Below are positions 36,930-49,877 of a stretch of 64,000 nucleotides of DNA, in pieces. Below the pieces are notes generated by a model. It worked only from the letters and a program-made list of their open reading frames with translations, did no database searches and was not told where the DNA came from. Origin of the DNA: Carcharhinus longimanus (lineage: Eukaryota); contig JASCQW010000032.1 in NCBI GenBank assembly GCA_030264375.1, positions 70,074,581-70,138,580 of the forward strand, written 5' to 3'. The position numbers and the translations under genes were made by a program. The stretch's first letter is position 1; every line of letters begins with the position of its first letter.

Positions 36930-38110
36930 AACAACCACAACGGTTTATAGGATTCCTTCATCATAGTAAACCATTGCCAGGTACTTTACAGGAGTGTTAC
37001 AAAGCAAATTTGATATAGATCCATGTAAGGCAATAGTAGGACAAATGGCCAGAAGTTTGGTCAAATTTGTAGGTTTTAATGTGTATCTTAAAGGATGTAA
37101 ATGGGTTGGAGAACCAGAGAGGTGTCGGAAGGAAATTCCAAATCTTGAGGTCTTTGCAGCTGAGGCATTGGCCATTAATGGCACAGTGACTTACATCAGG
37201 AAAGAATTAGATGACAGTGGCTATCTTGGTTGGTTGTGGAGCTGGAGGAGATTAAAGAGACAAGATGGGACAAAACTGCACAGGAATTTGAAAATAGGGA
37301 GTGCTGCAGCCAGGTGGACCCCACACTGGCGCACTGTGCCAGGGCATATGCTCTGCATTTTAATTATCGCAACCATGTCAAGTGCAACCACCAGTTTTAT
37401 TTTGGTTTTATTTGAGAATTTTAACATGACCTAACCAGGAGCCAATGTAGTTCAGAAAGCACAGGAGTGATAGGTTGAACTATGTTTGGGCCAGAGTTCT
37501 CCAATCTTGCCCACAGCTGGAATTATCCAGTCCTGCTGCTGGGAACGGAGATTTGGCTGAGTGTCAAATCACTGGCAGCGGTAGCGGGTCATGTGAGACT
37601 GGAGAATTCCAGTCATTGTGTGCACTCAGTACAGATTTGAATGATCTCAGATTTAGAGGGCATCCAGGAGTGCATTAAAATACTCAAGTCCGGAGGCGAC
37701 AAAGGAATGGGTAAGAATTTCAGCAGCAAAGGATCTGAGGCAGGGGCAGGGTCAGCTGATATTATAGAGGTGGAAATCTTAGTGATAGTTTAGGTATATG
37801 GTCAGAATTTCACCTCAGGGTTGACAAGAAGGTTGCAAATACAGCCTCAGACAGTTCAGAGAAAGAGTAAAGAAGTCAGTAGCCGTGGAACAGAATTTGT
37901 GATGGGAACCATCCTGGCATTATTTAATTGGAGGAATTTTTTGCTGATCTATTGGTTGATGTCAGACAAGTGATCTGGTAATTTAGCAACTGTGAAAGAG
38001 TCAAGAGAGGTGCTGGCAAGGTAGAGCTGGGTGTCATCAGCATATGTGAACAGAAATGCTTTGTTTCTGAATGATGCTGCCAAAAGGCTTCACACAGATG
38101 GAAAAAAGGG
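36930..38110 (-). mobile_element. L2-clade LINE fragment (RT to 3' end)
   Basis: Reverse complement of 38021-38047 reads TYADDTQLY (L2 RT motif). L2-like 3' end near 36935-37010. Confidence 0.75.
37488..37615. mobile_element. About 125 bp MITE nested in the L2
   Basis: Terminal inverted repeats GGGCCAGAGTTCTCCA...TGGAGAATTCCAGTC. Internal GAACGGAGATTTGGCTGAG is shared with 56140-56267. Confidence 0.7.
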
Positions 38111-40528
38111 GATTTAAGTAAATAGGAGATTAATTGCTTCCAAAAAACACACCACTATTACAGATTGTTTGTTTCTGACCTCCACACATGCTTATCATTT
38201 GGGAATTGTAGGGGAGTGTTGGAAGGATGAGTAGGCTAGCTTGAATCATATCACGAACACTCTCTCTATGGCCAAGTCCTGGAGTGAGACTTAAGTTCAG
38301 AGTTTCTGACTTAGAGGAGCTCGACTGAACTAGAAGACCTCCCTAGCATTGTACTCACATATCCTATTTGTGCCATTCAATCCATTGTCTTGACTTTTTT
38401 TGGAGTAGGGGACTCTGCATGGCAAGACCAGAGATATTTGCCTCTACCTATAGGTGCAAGTTCTGATGAGTAAGCACAGAACACATATAGCATTGTCTTA
38501 CTTGATTGGGGCATCATCTATTGCTCCTCCTTCATCAACCAACATAAAGACAGGGAGACTGCCATTTGGAAACTCATTTGGACCAACCTCAGGAGCCATG
38601 CATGTTAAGCTGCGCAACCGCGTGCCTGCAAATGCATTCCTGACATCTGAAATCTCTTAGATCTCACCGCCTTCAGCCTTGGCTAATGTTGTCAATAGAT
38701 TTAAATCCTCAGCTCTTCCAAACCTGTTTAAAAAAAAAGAATCTGCTACTTCTCAATTATATGTGCCCCTTCCAATTTCACCTACATGTAATTTTCCACT
38801 CTAGTGTACTCTCAATTCATGTTCAAATTTACACGGTAAATAATGCATGATTACTATAATAAGATGGCCATGTAAATTGTATGCAATCATTACACTTCAA
38901 ATCAGATGAGCTCTGTACCCATATTTCCATCCATTCTGGTATGAACTATACCCATATCAGGAAATCTACCCTGTAGTGTTTCAAATGACATTGCTTTGAA
39001 ATTTTCTCTTTTTCAACATTTGCACTGAAGCACATTTCAGTGTTTTAATTGACTTGCAAACAGGTTTTCAACAAAAAGATTTAGTGGGTTTTTACTAAAA
39101 AGAGCAAACAAATCCAAACCTGAATTTAACTTTGATATTGCATCATTCAAACTTAAATTGAGATTTAATCTGCATAAATCCTTTTGAATCATCTGTTTCC
39201 TGTTGTTCTGTTTTAATGACCTCTTTCACTCCAGTCTCCTGTCAGATAGAATTCACACATGAAGTACAGAACTAATGGTATTAAAATGGAAGTTCAAAAT
39301 TATACAGCCAAATAATAAATTCCTTTTGAACTGCATAGAATGAAAAAAAAACTTGAATTTTAATAGACTACATTTGTCTGAGGAATACTGGATTTGTTTG
39401 AAAATGCAAAGAAAGCTTCCGAAATGAGAATTTTTTCTTAACTTCAACAAATACTGACATTTAGGAAAGTACTGGCATGTCATAATGTCAAAGCCCCAAT
39501 GTCAATAATTTCTCCCGATTAGGTTCTCTTGATCATCTGATGAAAGAAAAAAAGGATTTAATATTTCATTCAAAAGAGGGTACCTTCAACACTGCAGCAC
39601 TGTCGAAGGTGCACTTACTCAGTATTACATGTCAGAGAGTTAGGTTTGAATCCAGTTTAAAATAATTAGACAGCACTTCCAATTTCCTTTGATAGAAACA
39701 GTTTCTTCTTTGTCAAATAGTTTGGGCAGTCGTGGTGCCTAATGGCATGTCATCAGAACAAAACTGATTCTAATGTGATAATAACAAGCCTGGGAATTAG
39801 CAATCTCTTGCAGGGATGGCAGGTTTGAGAAATAGAAAGAATAATAGGGTACCTCTCTTTACTTTAAAGCGAAGGCACATCCCAGTCAGCCCTGGAGCAC
39901 ACTATCGTGCTGGCTGACCAAGTAATGGCCATCCAGTATAACTGCACTGTGTAAAAGGCTGTGCACTGCCAGTGAGGAGGGAAAGAGGGCAGGCATCAAG
40001 AAATGGAAGGGCTGGTGCTTCTAATGTGCATCATCAGGGAGACAGCTGCTGGATGCTGCTGACCCATGAAAAATAAATATCAGTGTTAAAATCATGTCAC
40101 AATCATACACAGACCTCAGTGCCAAGACACATTTGTTAACTTTATTGGAGTCCTTGCTTTTCATCCTGCTCTGGATCAAGGTCGCAACTTGAACATCAAG
40201 ACCACCTTGCCAATCAGCCAGCCCGCCAATTGTAAAGGCAGGTGAGCAACATAAAATCCAAGTCAGTAGGTTTTTAATTAAATTGGCTTCCTGACTGAAC
40301 AAAATATTGTGCGAGGGTGTAAAGACGTTGGAATAAATGCCTGCCATATTCTCACATGATCTTACATAATTCTGGGTCAGGTTTGTTCCCAAACCTTATA
40401 CCTGAAATTCTGGTCTGTGTGCCTGGAAGCAACGTCCCTCTGCTATGTAGAGTAGCACAAGCGAATAAACTAAATGTAACTGCCTATTTGTAATGCTCTG
40501 AGAAATGCATCCTTGATGCCTTTTTTTT

Positions 40529-40825
40529 TAAGTTTAAATGTATTTATTAGTGTCACAAATAGGTTTACATTAACACTGCAATAAAGTTACTGTGAAAACC
40601 CCCTAATCGCCACACTCCGGTGCCTGTTCAGGTACACTGAGGGAGAATTTAGCATGGTCGATGCACCTAACCAGCACAATTTTTGGACTGTACAAGGAAA
40701 CCAGAACACCCAGAGGAAACTATTGTATTCATAGAGAGAATGTGCAAATTCCACACAGACAGTGGTCTAAGCTGGGAAGTGATCTGGTGCTGTAAGGCAG
40801 CAATGCTAACCACTGTGCCACTGTG
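40529..40825 (-). mobile_element. V-SINE, tail type B
   Basis: Reverse complement of the type B tail and head. Confidence 0.9.
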
Positions 40826-41174
40826 ATATGATAAAACAAGATTATTTTAGAATTTATCCGGTCTATCAGTAACCTGTCAAGTAAAAGACTAATATCCCAG
40901 ATTTTACAGGAATAAAGATGGTAAAAATTGTCACTGTCTTATTGTTCTGAAACTTCTGGAGTTTGCACATGCACGGTTTTACACTGATATTCAGAAGTAT
41001 CTCATTATTCTTCTTTAGAGACTGCACTGTTAAAGTCCACCAAGTCTGTATTCAAATGGAAATCCAAACTGATGCAGGCTTCTACTCTTGCCAGCTTAGT
41101 CTTGCAGTTAAAACATTGAAAATATTATGCTGATTGAAAGAGGTGCAACTGTTGTTTCCTGACAGCGATAATCG

Positions 41175-41457
41175 CTGCTAAACCAATATTTCTCTTCGGT
41201 GTTCACGCGGGGGGACACGAATGTAGCTGAGGAGGACACTGGGGTGCAGGGGTGTAAAATAGAAAGTATTGCAGTTGATACCGGGGNNNNNNNNNNNNNN
41301 NNNNNNNNNNNNNNNNNNNNNNNNNNNNNNNNNNNNNNNNNNNNNNNNNNNNNNNNNNNNNNNNNNNNNNNNNNNNNNNNNNNNNNAACTGGTCGGCGCA
41401 ACATCGTGGGCCGAAGGGCCTGTTCTGCGCTGTAATGTTCTATGTTCTATGTTCTAT
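41175..41457 (+). mobile_element. Young CR1 copy collapsed across a gap
   Basis: LNQYFSSVFT before the gap. CpG-intact tail GGTCGGCGCAACATCGTGGGCCGAAGGGCCTGTTCTGCGCTGTAATG(TTCTATG)n. Confidence 0.85.
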
Positions 41458-41965
41458 CACTGACCTTCAAAGAGCAATTTCTCAATTTTTATAAGCTATT
41501 CTATATTTCTTTTAAACATTGTTTAGATGATATTTTATCTGGTTTTTCATTCCATGTGGAAGTCCCAATCATATATTTATCTTTCTATAAAAAGTGTAAA
41601 ATTAGAAGGCATGAATTTTGAGTTTTATATTTCCTGGTTTGCTGTCTGTGAGTAGATGACAATGTGATTGGTTGCTTGCATCATTTTGCTGGACACCTGG
41701 AAATGGCCTTGACTTGATGCCAGAAACAAACTGTATGAGAGAGATCACTGGGTATTTGAGGGCAGTTTCCTTTGAGTTCAGCAGTGGATACCATTGTTTT
41801 ACCATTGGCTCAAAAATCCAGCCTTGCATGTTGGAAACTAAATGATAAAATTCCAGAAGACTTTCTGCTTACATTTTTTTTTCAATTGACATCATAGTCC
41901 ACTGATTGCTTTTATTTAAAAAAAAACTTCTTATAAGCATCTATCACACAATTCATGTGATGGTG

Positions 41966-42168
41966 TTGAGTTGCCGGCGTTAGACTGGGGTAGGCACAGT
42001 AAGTAGTCTCACAACAACAGGTTAAAGTCCAACAGGTTTAATTTGGTGGCACAAGCTTTCGGAGCGCTGCTCCTTCATGTACTCACGTTATGAAGGAACA
42101 GCGCTCCGAAAGCTCATGCTACCATATCAAGCTGTTGGACTTTAACCTGGTGTTGTGAGACTACTTAC
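41966..42168. mobile_element. Penelope-derived fold-back element (about 80 bp inverted arms)
   Basis: GTAAGTAGTCTCACAACAACAGGTTAAAGTCCAACAG...GCTCCTTCAT is inverted against ATGAAGGAACAGCGCTCCGAAAGC...CTGTTGGACTTTAACCTGGTGTTGTGAGACTACTTAC. Confidence 0.85.
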
Positions 42169-42426
42169 AATTTCTGAGAGTCTTTTATCTTTCAGTTCAA
42201 TTTATGGATCCAAGTTTACATTCGATGTGGAAGTGAAGTTATTTTTGTCAAAAATTTTATTTTCCGCACCTTTCTGCTTTAAAGCAGTTTGGGAGCTGAT
42301 AAGCTTTGGTCCTGTTACTTTTTATATTACCAGAATGTCTGATAACAGCCTATTCTTTAGTTATGACATTGGAGTTAATGCTGGATGGTTTGCTGCATCT
42401 ATAGTTTGCATTTATTAGATACTATT

Positions 42427-43197
42427 GGGCAGATTTTATGATGGTGGGGTGCATTCCCCACCCCTCCAACTGAAAGATCTGTGGTCAGCCTGTCCAAGCA
42501 AAACCCACAACAATAATATGCTAGGAGCAGCCTTAATAGATTTCGAGTGGGACTTGCACCCCCATCTGGGTGTAAGGCCCATGCTGGAGCACAACCAAGT
42601 AATCTGATTGCCCATCGGCCCTGTGGCCCTAGCAGCACCTGGCTCGAGTAGTGGCCACTGCTGGGACTTCAAACAGTGTCCTGGATCCCAAACTTCATGC
42701 AAGTCCAAGGATTTTTATCGGCCTTCCTAACAGACCACAGGAAGGCGGGATGGGGGTGGGGAAAAGGTGGAGGGTGTGGGACAGGACATGTTTTAGAGGG
42801 AAGCATAAAGGGAGAGGTGAGTGCAATCTTGGGGGTGGGTCCAGTGGGCATGCCTCTAATGGGCACAACAAATGCCCCAAAGGATATATCCCCTTTCTCC
42901 CTGACATCAGCTCGTGCAGTGAAGGCTGCTAGGCTTCCTGCTTTGCTTCCTCCTTCCCCTGCTGTACATAGTATAATGGCAGAGGCAGAATTGAGGCCCT
43001 TGAGTGACCAATGATTTGCGACTTAAGGGACTCAGTATGCCCAATGCCAGGGGTGGGCTATCTGACACCTCCCCTGTGCAATGTAATATGGGAGGCAGAT
43101 TGGGAGTGTGGCAGGCAGGCCACCCCTTTAATTTTACAAATTCCCTCTCCTCCTCCCAACCTTAAAATACACAAGTGATTAGTCTAGAATTCAGCCC
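42427..43197. mobile_element. GGGC-terminated non-autonomous DNA-transposon-like element
   Basis: Termini GGGCAGATTTTA ... TAGAATTCAGCCC. GC-rich interior in AT-rich flanks. Confidence 0.6.
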
Positions 43198-43715
43198 TAT
43201 TTTTATAAGCAAGTAAAGTTTTGTCAAACCAGGTTTCCATCTTTCTCTTGGGTTCTGAATTCTTTGAAGTTCTCTGTCACAATTGACCACCACCAATAAT
43301 ACCAATGACCTCCATCATTTACCTCAAATGTCACTGTGCAATCAGCCCTTCCTTCCAGTATGTGTTTTATTTTCTTGAATTATTTTACTGTTTACTGTTA
43401 TTTAAAAGTAAATGCCAGTATTGGGTTAAATTCTGTAATGCAGCCAACTCTAGGGTTCAGGTAACAACTACATACCATTTAAGTTGTACTTTTAACATAT
43501 TCAATTTATCAAACAGCTCAAATTAAATTTAGCCCTCTACTCACTCTCAAATACTATTCTGTATATGTAACTGGAAAATAAATTGTGCTTGACCTACATA
43601 TGTGTATCCTTTCCCACAAAATTGCCATTTTAAGTATTATATGGGGTAAATTTTCATTTTAGCAATCTGAGGCAGCAATCTGACAGAATTGTTTGTCCAC
43701 ATTTTACAGGAGCTC

Positions 43716-44050
43716 TGGCATGGTGACACAGTTGTTAGCACTGCTGCCTCACACCGCCAGGGATCCGGGTTCAATTCCTCCCACAGGTACTGTGTGGAGT
43801 TTGTATGTTCTTCCTGTGTCTGCATGGGTTTCCTCCGGGTACTCCAGTTTCCTCCCACACTCCAAAGATGCGCAGCTTTAGTGCATTGGCCATGCTAAAT
43901 TGCCCCTTAGTGTCCTAAGATGCATAGGTAAGGGGGATTAGCAGGATAAATACATGGAGAGAGCCTGAGTGAGATGCTCTGTCAGAGAGTTGGTGCACAC
44001 CTGATGGGCCAAATGGCCTCCTTCTGCACTATAGGGATTCTATGATTCTA
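43716..44050 (+). mobile_element. HE1-like V-SINE, tail type A
   Basis: Full head, core and tail ending GGGATTCTATGATTCTA. Confidence 0.92.
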
Positions 44051-45050
44051 AGCCATCCAATTTATGCAAAGGGTATTCTTGTGCAGTTCAAAGGAAAAAG
44101 AATTCTGTTGCAGATTTGGCCTTGGACAGGTTAGAGAAGGTTCTGTGTAAAGGAATCGACTTTTAATTCACGGTAAAAGCTAATGGAAAATGTATGTATC
44201 CCAGATTTAGCCGCACCAGACGCATTGAATATGATGAACAGCTTTAATCCGTTCTGCATATAAGTTCACAGCAGCACTGTCTGAAACAGATGGGTTAACA
44301 GTGATCATTTCCTTCCTTACCTTTCCCTTGAACTCACATCAAGAATTACTCGGGAAAAAGAAAATTGCTATTTTTATACATGTCTTGTCTACTCATACTT
44401 GAAATTTAGAGGAAATGAAAAATACTAAAATGTATCATATCTCTGTGAAAGCAGCTGGTTTAAATTGTGATTTTCTGTCTAGGTTCCATTTCAATTTCAA
44501 ACTTTTTTTAAAAAAAGACACTATTGTCAAAGTTGTTGCTTTGTTAGCAATTCAAAAGAAATGAATAAAACATAAATATTTCCATCACAAAGTGATTTCT
44601 ATGATGTTGCCGCAACTTATATTCACTTGTAATACTTTTGTTCTCAAGCCACATTAAGGAGTGGTGTGAATGGAGGATTCTCTGTGGAAAACTGTAGAAT
44701 ATGGAATTTATTTTATGAGTGAGGAAGACCTTGATAACTTATGAGTGCCAAAGTCATAAATAAGTTATCCAGATCTTTCTTCTCACTGCTATATATTCAC
44801 CGCTCCATGGTTATCCTTTGAAATTTCTGTTTATACAACTCTTAATTTCTTTCTGAAAATACTCATTTACTTAATTATGATAAAGACAGTGATAAACATG
44901 AAGGGTGTTTTAATGATCTCCTATTTTAGCTGAACTGTCAAACATTCCCTTCCTGCAAGTTACTGCCTTCCAGAGGATTTTTGTTCCGAGATGAGAATTG
45001 ATATTAGAGCAGCAATTTCAAGCCAAAAAGTACTTCAGCGCTGAGTCATT

Positions 45051-45164
45051 GGCCAGAATTTTACTGCCACTCCTGCCCTGTAATGGTTCACAGGACAGAA
45101 TTCTCCGTTGGCCTTGGATGAGATTTCATGAGCCTCGCCCGAGTGAGGTCATAAAATAATGGCC
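45051..45164. mobile_element. About 114 bp MITE with 3-bp target-site duplication ATT
   Basis: att-GGCCAGAATTTTA...TAAAATAATGGCC-att. Confidence 0.72.
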
Positions 45165-45279
45165 ATTGAGTTAAGGTTTTGTCCCTATGGCTCCACAGGA
45201 AAGAAAATTAGTTAGTTTTATCTTCTCTAAACATGAAACTTTTTCCCCTGTATTGAACTAAATTATTGCACTACCACTT

Positions 45280-45365
45280 TATAGAATCATAAGATCCCTA
45301 ATTGTAGAAGGAGGCCATTCAGCCCATCAAGCCTGCACTGACCCTCTGACATAGCATTCTCACCC
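45280..45365 (-). mobile_element. HE1-like SINE tail (rest in gap)
   Basis: ATAGAATCATAAGATCCCTA...GGAGGCCATTCAGCCCATC. Confidence 0.75.
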
Positions 45366-45627
45366 NNNNNNNNNNNNNNNNNNNNNNNNNNNNNNNNNNN
45401 NNNNNNNNNNNNNNNNNNNNNNNNNNNNNNNNNNNNNNNNNNNNNNNNNNNNNNNNNNNNNNNNNNNNNNNNNNNNNNNNNNNNNNNNNNNNNNNNNNNN
45501 NNNNNNNNNNNNNNNNNNNNNNNNNNNNNNNNNNNNNNNNNNTTTTATAAGAGCTTTTATTTTAGTTCTTTTATTATTTCAGATCACTGAGGTGTGGTTG
45601 AGACATGTGGTGATGTGTTCATTTTTA

Positions 45628-45795
45628 AGCAGCATCTGTGCGGAGAGAAGTGTTTCAGGTCAATGACCTTGAATCAGAATTGGAAAATACTTTCCAGTTT
45701 TTGATGTCAGATCGACAATCTGAGATGCAAACTCTGTTTCTCCCCACAGACGCTGCCTGACCTGTCAAGAAGTTCTAGCATTTTCTATTTTAGTT
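45628..45795. mobile_element. Penelope-derived fold-back remnant
   Basis: GCAGCATCTGTGCGGAGAGAA is inverted against TTTCTCCCCACAGACGCTGC. Central TGGAAAATACTTTCCA. Confidence 0.65.
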
Positions 45796-46139
45796 GGCGA
45801 GGCCCAGTGTTTTGCTTTTATTGACATTTAAGTCAAGATAACCTGCGTGATTTAATTCCTTTTTAGTGTGTTCAAAATTATAACAAATACGATATGAGTT
45901 ATGGCGATCATTACCGAGCAGTAGTGCAAAAAGTTTTTAATAGTGTGGACGCAGGACTTTTTCTTTTAAACTTGGCAGATTTTAATTTTTAAATCACTGA
46001 AGGAAGCAAGAAACTGAAAGTATGAGAGATTGGTNNNNNNNNNNCCATGATTGGAAAATAGCTACAGTCCCTTGCAGATTAGTGAATGTAATTTACCAGT
46101 CTTGCATTTGAGGTAACAAAGGTTTATCATGTACCCTTA

Positions 46140-46212
46140 GGGCAAAATTTTATTGTATGTCCGACCGAGGTTCATACGGAATCAGGGCTGGCGTGCAGGT
46201 AAAATTCTGGCC
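46140..46212. mobile_element. 73 bp MITE with TTA target-site duplication (PIF/Harbinger-like)
   Basis: tta-GGGCAAAATTTTA...TAAAATTCTGGCC-tta. Confidence 0.72.
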
Positions 46213-46283
46213 TTAGAGTCTCTGAGCAGCAAAAACAGCTAAAGACAAAGGCCAGACCATTCTCTTGTCCTGCAGCTTTTGAT

Positions 46284-46582
46284 GTTTATTCCTGTCACAA
46301 GTAGGCTTACATTAACACTGCAATGAACGTATTGTGAAAAAAAATCACCTCATCACCACACTCCGGTGCTAGTTGGGATACACCAAGAGAGAATTTAGCA
46401 TGGCCAATGCCTCTAATCAGCATGTCTTTTGGACTGTGGGAGGAAGCCGGAGCACCTGGAGGAAACCCGTGCAAACACGGGGAGAGCATGTAGACTCCAT
46501 ATAGATGGTGACGCAGATAGAAATCGAACCCAGGTCCTTGGCACTGTGAGACAGTAGTGCTAACCATTGTGCCACTGTGCTG
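46284..46582 (-). mobile_element. V-SINE, tail type B
   Basis: GTCACAAGTAGGCTTACATTAACACTGCAATGAA tail and head on the minus strand. Confidence 0.9.
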
Positions 46583-47319
46583 ACATATGGACTGCAGGCA
46601 GTGAAAATGTGTTGCGGTGAAAGCTCATTAATACTTATTCATGGAGGCCAATATGTTAAACTTCTTATTAAGAGTTGGTCATATTGATTTCTCAACTCTT
46701 CTCTGGACTGTTATGAAGATTTAGCCACAGAGTACACATAATGTTTATTCAATTAATTTATTNNNNNNNNNNNNNNNNNNNNNNNNNNNNNNNNNNNNNN
46801 NNNNNNNNNNNNNNNNNNNNNNNNNNNNNNNNNNNNNNNNNNNNNNNNNNNNNNNNNNNNNNATAATGTTTATTCAATTAATTTATTTTCAAATTATGTC
46901 CTGTACTTCATCAAAATTATACCATCTGGGACTTAATCGGATGCAATGAATGTGGGTGGAAAAAATAGTTGGCTCAAACTTCAGTGAGAAACATTAATGA
47001 ACTCTTGCCCGCAAATTCCACAATTTTTATAAGAATTCTTCCACATAATTCCAAATAAAGAATAAAATGAGAAAATTGTGCTCATTATTCCCTGGAGGGA
47101 GAAAGGGATAAATTTCTCTTTGTTTTCTAAATGCTAGTGAGAAAAATCTGAACAGAACACAAGCTCCACTTCAAATAGGGAGATGTAGTGTACTGCAGGT
47201 AGTGGGAATAAAGGATTAAACCACTTTTTCCCTTGTCCCCTTCTGCCTGACTTTAGTTTTAAGTTGTAGGGTCAAGGAAGGCCAACTTACTCCAAGAAAA
47301 TCCTCTCTAACGGTACATG

Positions 47320-47625
47320 GTGGCATTGTGGCACAGTGGTTAATGTTGCTGCCTCATAGAGCCAGCAGCCTGAATTCAATTCCGGCCTCTGATCACTGTC
47401 TTTGTGGAGTTTGCACATTCTCCCTATGTCTGTGTGGGTTTGTTCCGGTTTCCTCCCACAGTCCAAAGATGTGTGGATTAGGTGAATTAGCCATACTAAA
47501 TTGCCCCTTGGTGTCAGGGTCTAGCAAAATATATACGCAAAGCCTTGGGGATAACGGCTGGTTGGGATTGTGGTCGGTGCAGACTTGGTGGGCTGAATGG
47601 CCTCCTGTGTTGTCATGATTCTATG
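47320..47625 (+). mobile_element. HE1-like V-SINE, tail type A
   Basis: Head, core and tail. Confidence 0.88.
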
Positions 47626-48114
47626 ATATCAGTGTCTACTTCTTCATCAAAGTCCGACCTGCTAATTTAAACTGAGCGCTCTATATGCTATGTGATCACA
47701 ATTTTGGTTATGGAATATACCTCGGGCTCTACCAGCCGATAGCAAATACTTACGTTCAAACTTGGCTCTTCTAAGCTCAGGCTTCAAGTTTTGAGTTGCA
47801 TGTTCCAAGTTTTTGACACTTGGGATGTGAATTCAGTGCCTGCATTGGAAGAGAGTCCGAAATGAAAAAGAAGTTTATAGGCATGAAATCGGATCTGCTG
47901 CCATCTAGTGCCTATGAGCATTCATGTTAAACTGGCAAGATGTCGAACTTGTACTTCTGTTTAGATTCCTTGTCACAGTGAAACAGTAAAAATTGTAGAT
48001 TTAACATTTTAACACTGGCTTTGAATGAGAAAAAGTTACAACACTAAAAAGAATATAAACTGAAAAGGTAAAGATAACTTTAATATATTCAAGGCCACAT
48101 TTATTTTTCACAAC

Positions 48115-48420
48115 ATTAAATCATAGAATTATATAGCAGCAAAAGAGAGTATTCATGTGGTGTCAACTCTTTAAGAAAGCTATCTAATTGGTTCAATTTC
48201 CGTACTCTTTACCTAGAGCCATGCAATATTTTCCTTTTCAAGTATACATCCAATTTACTTTTGAAACTTACTCTTGAGCACCCTTTAAGGCAATGCATTC
48301 CAGATCATAGCAATGTTCTGAACAAAGAAAACTTATCTTCCCACTGGCTTTTTTAAAATTATCTTAAATTAATGCCCTCAGATTACTGACTCGCCTGCCA
48401 GTGGAAACCGCTTCTCTTTA
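48115..48420 (-). mobile_element. Old CR1 3' fragment
   Basis: ATCATAGAA tail and GGCAATGCATTCCAGATCATA (W-N-A-L-P on the minus strand). Related to 57940-58260. Confidence 0.6.
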
Positions 48421-48427
48421 CTTCAAG

Positions 48428-48734
48428 GACAGCATGGTGGCACAGTGGTCAGCATTACTGCCTCAGGGCTCCAGGGACCAGAGTTCATTTCCCAGCTTGG
48501 GTCACTGCCTGTGCGGAATCTACACATTCTCCTTGTGCTCGTGCGGGTTCCTCCAGGTGCTCTGGTTTCCTCCCAGTGTCCGAAAGACATATTGGTTAGG
48601 TGCATCGGCCCTGCTCAATTCTCTCTTAGTACACCCGAAGAAGTCCCTGGGTGCGATGACTAGGGGATTTTCACAGTGACTTAATCGCAGTGTTAATGTA
48701 AGCCTACTTGTCATACTAATAAATAAACTTAAAC
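48428..48734 (+). mobile_element. V-SINE, tail type B
   Basis: Head, core and type B tail. Confidence 0.9.
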
Positions 48735-49162
48735 CTGTAGCATGAATAAAGTAGTGCTGAACTATATAAACGGAAACGTTTCTAAATTGATTCTGGTCTA
48801 TGCTGAGTTAGCAAATCTCAGCAGAGCCATTAATTGAGGTAGACGACGTTGAAATTGAATGAGAAAGAACATCCAGGAGAACTGTTTCTACTCACTATCT
48901 ATTGACCACCACTGTACCCTTAAGTTTGGTTATTACCTGAGTACAGACTGGTTATGCATATGACACTTCTGCAACTCAATAGCTTATTTTGTGTCAGAGG
49001 CTGCCAAACTTTGTTGTGTAAATTAATTCAGGCAAGGGGTGCCTTGTGGAAATATGAAACAGTGTTGGCAGTTTTTGCTCTGAGGTGATTTAGAAACAAC
49101 ATGGAAGCAATGAGTAAGAACTCTGGCTGTCCTTATACATGAAAAATAGTATGTTGCCACAC

Positions 49163-49877
49163 TGGGCAGAATTTTCCAAAATTCATCCCACCCCCCACCC
49201 ACAGGCACTGCAACCATCAGCCGTAGACAAGAGGAATACCCCCAACCTTTGACCACAGAGGGGCAACCACCCCCCCCAACCACTAAATGTTTGTGTCAGT
49301 GTCCCGTCAATCGTACCATAAAGGCATCGCGGTGACCCTTCCCTCACGACCCCGACCTAATTCTCATCAGTATCAATTCTTTGAGGCATTAGGCACACCC
49401 ATCCTATTGTTTTCCCCCCACAATTTAATACCCCCCCAATTGGGTTCCCTAGAGGCTGCACCGCCTCATCCCATCCCCAGGCCCTGCTCCTTGCAGTGCC
49501 AACCAGTCAGTGTAGGGGGCAGTCCCTGACCACTGAGAGGCTGCATTGGCTTCCAGGCTCCTAGTATGGTCATCTCGGCCCTTGGGGTACAGCAGTGATT
49601 TCCCCCCCCCCAAGTGTTTCATCACACCAGCTGGGGGAAGGTATGCAACCTCCTGGAACCAACAGTGTCAGCCATTTAATTATATAAAAATTGAGTCAAC
49701 TCCACAGTAATCAGGCTCATGCCCACATCATGATTATGTCGTTGACAGGGGGCAGGGAAGATCTCGAACTGAGATCGCTCCCTCTGCAAATCCCATTATA
49801 GTCATCTTGTGGTGAACAGACTCTGCAACCCCCCTGCCCCCCCCCAACTCTGTTGCGGTTCCCAATAAAATATAGCC
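49163..49877. mobile_element. GGGCAGAATTTTCC-terminated DNA-transposon-like element
   Basis: Termini GGGCAGAATTTTCC ... TAAAATATAGCC. C-rich interior. Confidence 0.55.

Noticed and set aside
45583-45660. Good acceptor followed by ATC ACT (Ile-Thr), like the start of the next ARHGAP15 exon
   Set aside because: The translation diverges immediately (ITEVWLRHVV) and runs into a Penelope remnant.
46738-46888. ATAATGTTTATTCAATTAATTTATT repeated across a gap
   Set aside because: Same scaffold-overlap artefact, although a hidden insertion with a target duplication cannot be excluded.
48785-48960. Possible ancient SINE relic (TGCTGAGTTAGCAAATCTCAGC)
   Set aside because: Too short and diverged to assign a family by eye.
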